The notes beneath the pieces were generated by a model. It was not told where the DNA came from. It did no database searches and was given only the letters and a program-made list of their open reading frames with translations. Position numbers and translations under genes: made by a program. A stretch of DNA of 64,000 bases from Ministeria vibrans ATCC 50519. Lineage: Eukaryota; Protista; Filasterea. Below, in pieces: positions 55,601 through 64,000 of the stretch. Each line of letters opens with the position of its first letter. Position 1 is the stretch's first letter. Where the stretch lies: NCBI GenBank assembly GCA_943704425.1, contig CALSCP010001488.1:88416-152415 (forward strand). The letters are read 5' to 3'.

Positions 55601-58600
55601 TTATACAAGAATGGTGGGAATGCCGTAGACGACGGCAGCGGCGCGCGTAAAATAGCGGCGAGACGCGGGTTTTGTGCGTCCTTTGGTCTTAGCATCACGT
55701 GCGCTGGCGGCCGCCTGAGCCAACGAGGGAGAGGGTTCAGTGCGGAACCAGCTGGACCAGAGCAGTTCGAGGTAGTCGTTGATTTCAAAGTCGGCGACGT
55801 CCCAGAGACAGCCCACAACCGAGGGTGAGCCGGCGCACAGGTACGCGTGTGCAATGCCAGTTGGATCGAATTCGCCGCCGCCACCTGTGAGGGCGCCACT
55901 GCTGCAGCCCATGAGCACCGCAGTGGCGCGACAGTCGAGCTCGCTGAGACGGGTCGGGTGGAGAAAGTGTGCACCACTGCCGTGACCGCAGTAGAGAAAG
56001 AGGTCGTGTTGTGTGAGTGCGGTGGAAAATTGATCGGCAGTGGGAGCTTCGCCCTGGCCTGCGCAGCCCGACCATCCATTGGGCATCAGTGCGCGCAACT
56101 TGTCCTGTGTCTTGGTAAGATCTCCGTCCGGATTGAGCACGTACGACCCACAGGAGCGTTTCGCACGCCACACGGCATCATCATTGGTACTACGACCGTT
56201 GGACAACTGTCGTGCGCGTTGGTATACAAAGGCAACACTGGGCATGCGCGAGACGGCACGACCCGCCAGGGTGGGTGTGCTTTCCCAGGGCACATGCTGC
56301 ACACGCGGACCCAACACCAGAATGACACACGCCCCTTGCGCTCCCTCTGCGTTCGTGCGCCCATCTTCCTCGTGCACCACCCCTGACAGACACGCATCCA
56401 TAGTTTCAAGCAACTCGCCTAGTTCGGCGTCTTTGACATCACGTGCGTCATTCCATGCCTTCTTCTGTGCCCGCTCATTCAAACTCGTGTCACGTGTAAA
56501 GCACGACGCGCGCAAGCTTTGTTTCCACTCTTGAAACGATTGCACTGCGTCCGACGATTCTGTGGAGCTTGAAACACGCATTGAATTGTGAGTGCTGCGA
56601 CTGACAAGCACATTCTTCCCATCCACACTCAGCTACGCATACAAAGAGAGTCATTGTTAGCTTTAAGATGATGATGATGACGACGATGATGATCATGTTT
56701 GTGTGTGTGTGTGTGCGTGCGTGTATGGAAGGGCGAGTGTCTGTGTGTCGTACGCTAATGGTAAGCAGAACCCAGAGAGTGGGAAGAGACTGGAGTTGTT
56801 GGAAGTGAAAAGCAGTAAAATCCGGTTGAGACACAAACGGAGACTCTGTTGAAATACAATGGCAATATATTCGCAGTGTGAGAAACAAAAAGTCTGGCGT
56901 GCCAAATATCTTTGTTACCTTTGTGCGTAATGGAAAGGTCTTTGACCGAATCGACAAGTGCATCGACAGTGGAGGTCTTCTTGGTGTCGAGAAGGCGACG
57001 CTTGAAGCGCACCGAGGCTCCGATACCTTCGTGGAGGGCTGTGATGGCGCATGGGGTGGTGGAGGTAGTGGTGCGCTCGGCACGGAGGGTATGCTCGGTA
57101 AGAAGAGAGCAAGCAATGCGCAGGAGACCCGGGAGGACATGCTCTTGGCAGATGCTAATAGCGTCTTCGAGGGCTTTTGGAGCGGATTTGAATGCTTTCG
57201 ATGAGGATGTGATGCACTGGATGATGGCACGGACGCGCTGTTCACCGCGGAGGGAAGGAAGAGACTTGAACGAGACAGCGGTGCGCCACGAGACAATGCT
57301 GTGCGCCAGTGGGTGTGTGGTAGGGTCGGGTTTAAACGAATCAAACGATGAGTTGCAGCAGCCGGAGAGTGTGCAGGAAAGGTTGTACCATAATGGAATG
57401 GAAGCGTGGGAAAGGGCAGCGGGTGTGCCAGCGGAAGGCAATGGTGCAAACGCAGCGCAAGAGCTGTCGTTGTTGTTGTCAAGAAGCTTAGTGTCACAGG
57501 GACGGTAACGACGAGCGTTGAGAAGACGCAGGGCAGCCAACCAAGTGGTCGGAGGGACCTGATAGCGCAGTGCCATGTCGCGGCCCTTTTCAAGGTAGTA
57601 TTGTGCAAGCGTGTCGTCGCCGATGGCACAGCGAATTTGAGCAGAGACACTGAGTGCGTCGGAGAGCAGAGCTAGCCATTCGGCGGAGACGAGGGAGGGA
57701 GCAAAAGTTGATACTGAAGATGGTGCATGGACAGTGGAGGGGGCAGAGGGAGCAGGAGTGGCGGTGGCAAGGACGGGAGTAGGATCTTCGTGAGGAATGA
57801 TTTTGGACTTTGATGCCCGAGTTTTGCGACGTGTTGGAGTGGCAGCAGGGGCAACAACAAGAGAAGGAGCCGCTGTGGTTGTCGTGGTGGTGGATGCGTT
57901 GGTGGGGGCTGCGTCTCGCAGAAGATGATCGCTCAGCAATGATCCTGCGCCGGCCGCTTGCTGTTGCTGCACTTGACGCTTGGCCGACTTGTCTTCGTCA
58001 GCGTGTTTGTAGGAGAGACGCTGATTGGAAGGAAGCATATCGGAGATGGAGGCAACGGTTTTGCTGATGGAAGAAGCTGCGAGGATGAGATTGCCGTTGA
58101 AGAGGGCTGCTCGAGCGGTGGCAAGGAGGGCAGTACTGCACTTGGGTGTGCTGATGGAGAGCGTTTGAGGGAGTCCAAGGAGCGACTTTGCGTGCGATAG
58201 CAAAGCGAATGCTTCTGCGTTGTCCTCGAGTGAGATGGAGAGGCGCATGAGTGACGCCGTGGCTGCTGCAGGGTCACCGACTCGAGCAAGAGTGTCGATG
58301 AGACGCGCCTGAGCGACGGGAGAGGATGCGAGGGAGGCTTCGAGGGAAGCAGCACGCACAAGAAGACTGTTGAGATGGGGAGTGGACGGGAAAAGACGGA
58401 GGCGGAAGAGAAGGCTGTGCATGAGAGACAGAAGAGAGGCAGAAAGGGTGAGATTTTCGTCAATAAGATCAAGGGCTGCTTTGAAAGAAGCCAGTGCGGA
58501 CTCGAGACGGCCACGGTCAAGGAGAGCAAGTGCAGTCAGTAGATGGACAGAAGGAGAAGGAGCAAGGGAGGCGAGTTGGTTGAGGACGGTGTCGTCGGTA

Positions 58601-60239
58601 ATGGGGAGATTGCAGCGCTGAGTGTCGATGGACAGGATCAAAGCGGAGGTGCTGTCACTAGCAGAAACACTTTCGGAGTTACATGCGGTTGCAAGGTCAG
58701 TTGAAATGCGCATAATGCGGGTGCGGAGGGCAGCAGTGCGGCTAGGGTCATCGGAGGTGGCGGTGAGGGCGGCAGTGCATGCGGCGATTTCGGCAGAGGC
58801 AACGGTGGCATGAAGGGCCTTGGGGAATGCGTTTGGTGAAAAGATGGGATTGGGAAGAGACGTGTGCTTAAAAACGATGCGCAGGATAGTGGCGAGGGAC
58901 GAGGCAATGTCGTCTGGGGCTGTTGAAAGAGGGAGCGCGGGGAGTGCCTCGATTGCATTTGAGCACACGAGAAGGGCGCGTGTGTCGTCTTTGGCTTCGC
59001 TTAAGGCCACTGCTGCCACGGCGGAGTATTCAAGAACAGCGTCCACAGATGGTGAAGGTTGTTTGTGTTTGGTGAAGAGGGAGAGGCCCAGGTGGACGGA
59101 TGCGGCGGCGGCTGCGGAGTGGCTTTGGGCGCGCAGAACTAGGGCTACGTTTCGAGCGGTGGCCGAAATCATGTCGACGAGAGGCGCTGTAGAGGATGGT
59201 GTGGTGGTGGAACAGACTTGCTGTTGAGCGGCGTTGAGGTGCTCAAGGGACGCTGTGGGGTCGCTGTGGAGAGCAGCAAGTGAGGCGCGCGCACAGAGGA
59301 TGCCCATGCTTGCCAGCGCGTCGGAGGGATCGCACACAGACTGGGCGGTATCAAAGCAATTCAGGAGTTTGCCACAGCACTGAGCATTAGGTGCTTGAGC
59401 AGGTCGGAGAAGCCAGCTTCGTGCAAGACGAGCAAAGTCGGTGAGCACAGCGACGACTGCGGAGCGCAACAGAGATGTTTGAAGATGTGCGGCTGCCTGT
59501 TCGAGAAGCCATGAGAGGCTGGGATCGGCGGTCTTGGGTGACTTGAGGGCACATTGAACACGGCAAATGATATTCCAAGCAAGGTCATGCTCGGCAAACG
59601 AGTCGCCTGCTTTGATGAGAGGGGTACACTGATCGTCGAGAAATGCCGCAGATTTGTCGCTTTGTTTTGCCAAGTGAGGTGTGAAGGCTCGAAAGGCGGC
59701 AGCAAGGACGCTGTAAGGGGGCATGGGGTGGATGTTGAAGATGACTTTGAGCGCCTGGTGCAGCAAGGGGCGGGCGTCTGAGGACGAGGCGGCGGTGCGA
59801 TGGACGAGAGGGCCGTACTTGACGAGAGCCTTGGCTGCTGTGGCCGTGTTGAAGGCGCAGAGGGCACGCGCAAGGAAGGAGAGGGCGCCCGACGCGATTC
59901 TAAGGAGCATGTCATGGGTGGCGCCGCCCTGAAGCGCCGCTGCGGCTGTGTCGAGGGCGACAATGGCAATTTTGGCGACGAGTTGCGCTGAAGCGGTCTT
60001 GGAGATTCCCAGAAGCACGTTGAAGGCGATTCCGGCGACCTTGAGGAGCGATGGAGGCGTGCAGGAGGCACCAGAGCAGCCCTTGGCAAGCAGCTCCCTC
60101 ACTGGGCTCTTCATTGCCTGAGTTTGTAGTTATTTGAAAAAGTGAGTCGTTTTTTTTTTTTGAATTTCGCGCGTACGGATTCGGCGAGTTCCGTTTTTAG
60201 GCGTTGCAAGAAGTCTGCAGGGCCAGGGGCGGGGGGCAT
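55601..60239 (-). CDS. ESPL1: Separase (peptidase C50)
   Basis: QHVPWES, VSRMPS, YVLNPDGDLTKTQ, catalytic FLYCGHGSG and LMGCSSG, VVGCLWDV; long helical N-terminus; small internal exon ...LPTLWVLLTIS. The start is 60239 (via an intron) or 60114. Confidence 0.92.
60159..60173 (-). promoter_or_regulatory. Candidate CDE/E2F-CHR element at the 5' end of separase (CGCGC GAAA TTCAAA)
   Basis: Fits SSSSS-NNNN-TTYRAA and includes TTTCGCGC on the plus strand. Confidence 0.45.
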
Positions 60240-60752
60240 ACTGAAAGAAAAAAGATATTTAAACAAATAAGAATTGTCAAATGTCAAGTGAGAGAAAAAA
60301 TCAAAAAAAAAGTAGATACTTAATGTCGTTTTGATAATCATTCCTCCAAAAATCAAAATAATTATTAATAATTATAATGATTTTTGTAATTCGTCTGTCC
60401 TCACACACACACATATATCTCGATGACTGACTCTCCTCCTAAAAAATGTGTATTATACATACTCGACTTAGTTCACTACGTCTGAACGCCGGAATCTGCG
60501 ACATGTCTAACGAGATTAATCGCTATGTGTGCTCTTGCTCTGATCAACATAACTATTTCAATTTCTCACCCCAGCTGAGACTGCTGCCGCCCACAAGCAA
60601 AAAGTGCGCGCGCCATTGTTGTCATGCAAGTTGCAACTGTATCCTGTCCGTGACTTTTGGACACGTTGTAAACTCCTGTAAGCTTGAAACCTTTCGTACC
60701 ATCTATTTGTGTACATTGAAATAGTATAATACTATATTGTTCTTAATTGTGT

Positions 60753-62429
<1,677 letters not shown>

Positions 62430-62598
62430 AGAAAGAAAGAAAGATCAAAGAAAAAAAGTAAAAACCCGAGTGAGTAATTCATCAACAGACCTCAAGAAAG
62501 TTCATATGATCATATCACGTTCTTATAGTTTTTTTTTTTTGTATTCGTTGGCACCCCTCCCACCCCACATACACGTCTCCAACCGTGAACAATCAGCC

Positions 62599-63604
62599 AT
62601 GAAAAGCCTCTATGCAACGATTCTCGTGTTGGGGTTAGTCTCACTGTGTTCTGCGCAAAAATGGATCAAAATGCGCAACGACGCGTCGGTCGCCGAGCCA
62701 ACCGACAAGCCCACTTTCACCCTGTCGCTTTTTGACGACAAATCGGGCTATTTTCTTGTAAGAAATTTTGTGTGGGGATTTGGGGATTTTTCTACTTTTT
62801 GTGACAAGACACTATTCTAAAATAATGAGAGATGAAGATTGACTTGTGCATTGTCTTGCTGTGCAGCTGGGAACAACCAACTTTGAAACGGAGACTAAGC
62901 TGAACTCGTGCGCGCAGACGACGGCCGACTGCTGTGCGCGCGACGACCGTGTCGATATCATCCAGTTTCTGGACAAGTGGCTCATCCAATGTCGCGCTGA
63001 AAACGGCTGTTCCTGGACGACCGAGTACCGCTTCACGACCCGCGAGGAGGCCGACGAGCAGCGACTGGTGTTCCTCAACATGACGGCCGCGGCCAAGGAT
63101 GCGCCAATCGAGAGCAACATGGACGTTTCCAACATTCACTACTGGGAGGTGCGCGACTGGATTTCCTATCCAGGTGCTTCGGTGGGTCTCATTGAGCAGG
63201 ATCGCTACTCCAAGCGCGAAGTGGTCTACGTGGGCCAGGTGGCCAACTGCAGCGACACTCAGTCGTGTCTGGCGCTCGTCAATGTGGTGCGCGCCGCCTT
63301 CCAGACCCACGACATTCGATACATTTACCCTAATGCGACAGCTGAGACGAACGTAGAGCAACAGCAGCAGCAGCAGCAGCAGCACAACAGCACCGCCGGC
63401 GTCGCCTACTGGGAAGCCCAGTATCAAAATTACGTGCAAAACAGCGGCTTTTACTTGCGTTTGTATGCGGCCAATGGCGACGTGTACTACCAAGGGCGCT
63501 GTGGCTTTCCTTGGGGTGACAAAACTTGTGTCGCCCGGGTTACCGATTATCTTCGGACCCTCACCGAGACTGTCAGCACTGCCTACAAAGTGTACATGCA
63601 CTAA
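62599..63604 (+). CDS. Secreted Cys-containing protein of unknown function, possibly with degenerate YegP/DUF1508-like repeats; 2 exons
   Basis: Signal peptide MKSLYATILVLGLVSLCSA; phase-0 intron (GYFL|LGTTN); N-glycosylation sequons NMT, NCS, NAT, NST. Confidence 0.7.
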
Positions 63605-63802
63605 AAACAACACCTATTTTTTGTTCGTGAAGGATTATCATATTGTTCAGAGCCTAAAGCCTGAAGTTTCCACTGGGGAATCATCCTCGTATACTATCAT
63701 AGTATACGGACGATCATCCATATTACATTCTTCATACTTAATTTTGTTTTATTCAGTGATGAGTGATCACTCTTTTACATATCTCTCACTATGGCGCGCG
63801 TA

Positions 63803-64000
63803 ATGACGGCATTCTTGCCGCCTTACCTTCTGTCGTTGTTTGCTCCCCGGCCTCCGCTGCAACACCTGCCGGCTCTTGAACTGGACTCGAGGGTACAGTC
63901 CAAAATGAGTTTTGATCGTCGACGTCGATGTCCCGTCCCCTCCCGCCTCTCCTCCTCCCTCCCTCTGCGCCCCTCTGCCCTCCTCTCTCCCCCCCAGCCC
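63803..64000 (+). CDS. SNRNP70: U1 snRNP 70K protein, first exon (63803-63892) followed by an intron; partial
   Basis: MTAFLPPYLLSLFAPRPPLQHLP matches the U1-70K N-terminus (MTxxLPPNLLxLFAPRxP); donor gtacag at 63893. Confidence 0.8.
   Translation, partial: MTAFLPPYLLSLFAPRPPLQHLPALELDSRVQSKMSFDRRRRCPVPSRLSSSLPLRPSALLSPPQP

Overview
Gene-dense eukaryotic genomic DNA with GC-rich exons, short AT-rich or microsatellite-containing GT-AG introns and intergenic gaps of about 80-650 bp. The gene set suggests a flagellated unicellular opisthokont, probably a holozoan; the species cannot be named from the sequence. Genes assembled by hand across splice junctions, in order: type II CAX/Vnx1 cation/H+ exchanger (partial), DCDC1-like, DNAH7-type inner-arm dynein heavy chain, SREBP, alpha-COP, glomulin, a decayed retroelement RNase H, a PH-RCC1-FYVE protein, an Erf4/CHIC-like protein with a tyrosine-motif tail, TSG101, a myristoylated TLDc protein, CENP-L, TPR, separase, FKBP8, an unknown secreted protein and the first exon of U1-70K. 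The strongest unusual signals are: (1) a single-nucleotide exon at 16503 that is needed to build the conserved Met of the dynein [13 protein letters not shown] motif; (2) a membrane-anchor-like Erf4/CHIC domain fused to a disordered tail with nine Y-[AG]-N Grb2-type motifs, a candidate LAT-like phosphotyrosine scaffold; (3) matching CDE-CHR/E2F-like elements at the 5' ends of CENP-L and separase within a small mitotic gene cluster; (4) candidate structured RNAs in the long introns of COPA and TSG101. All gene identities come from recognised motifs, not from database searches.
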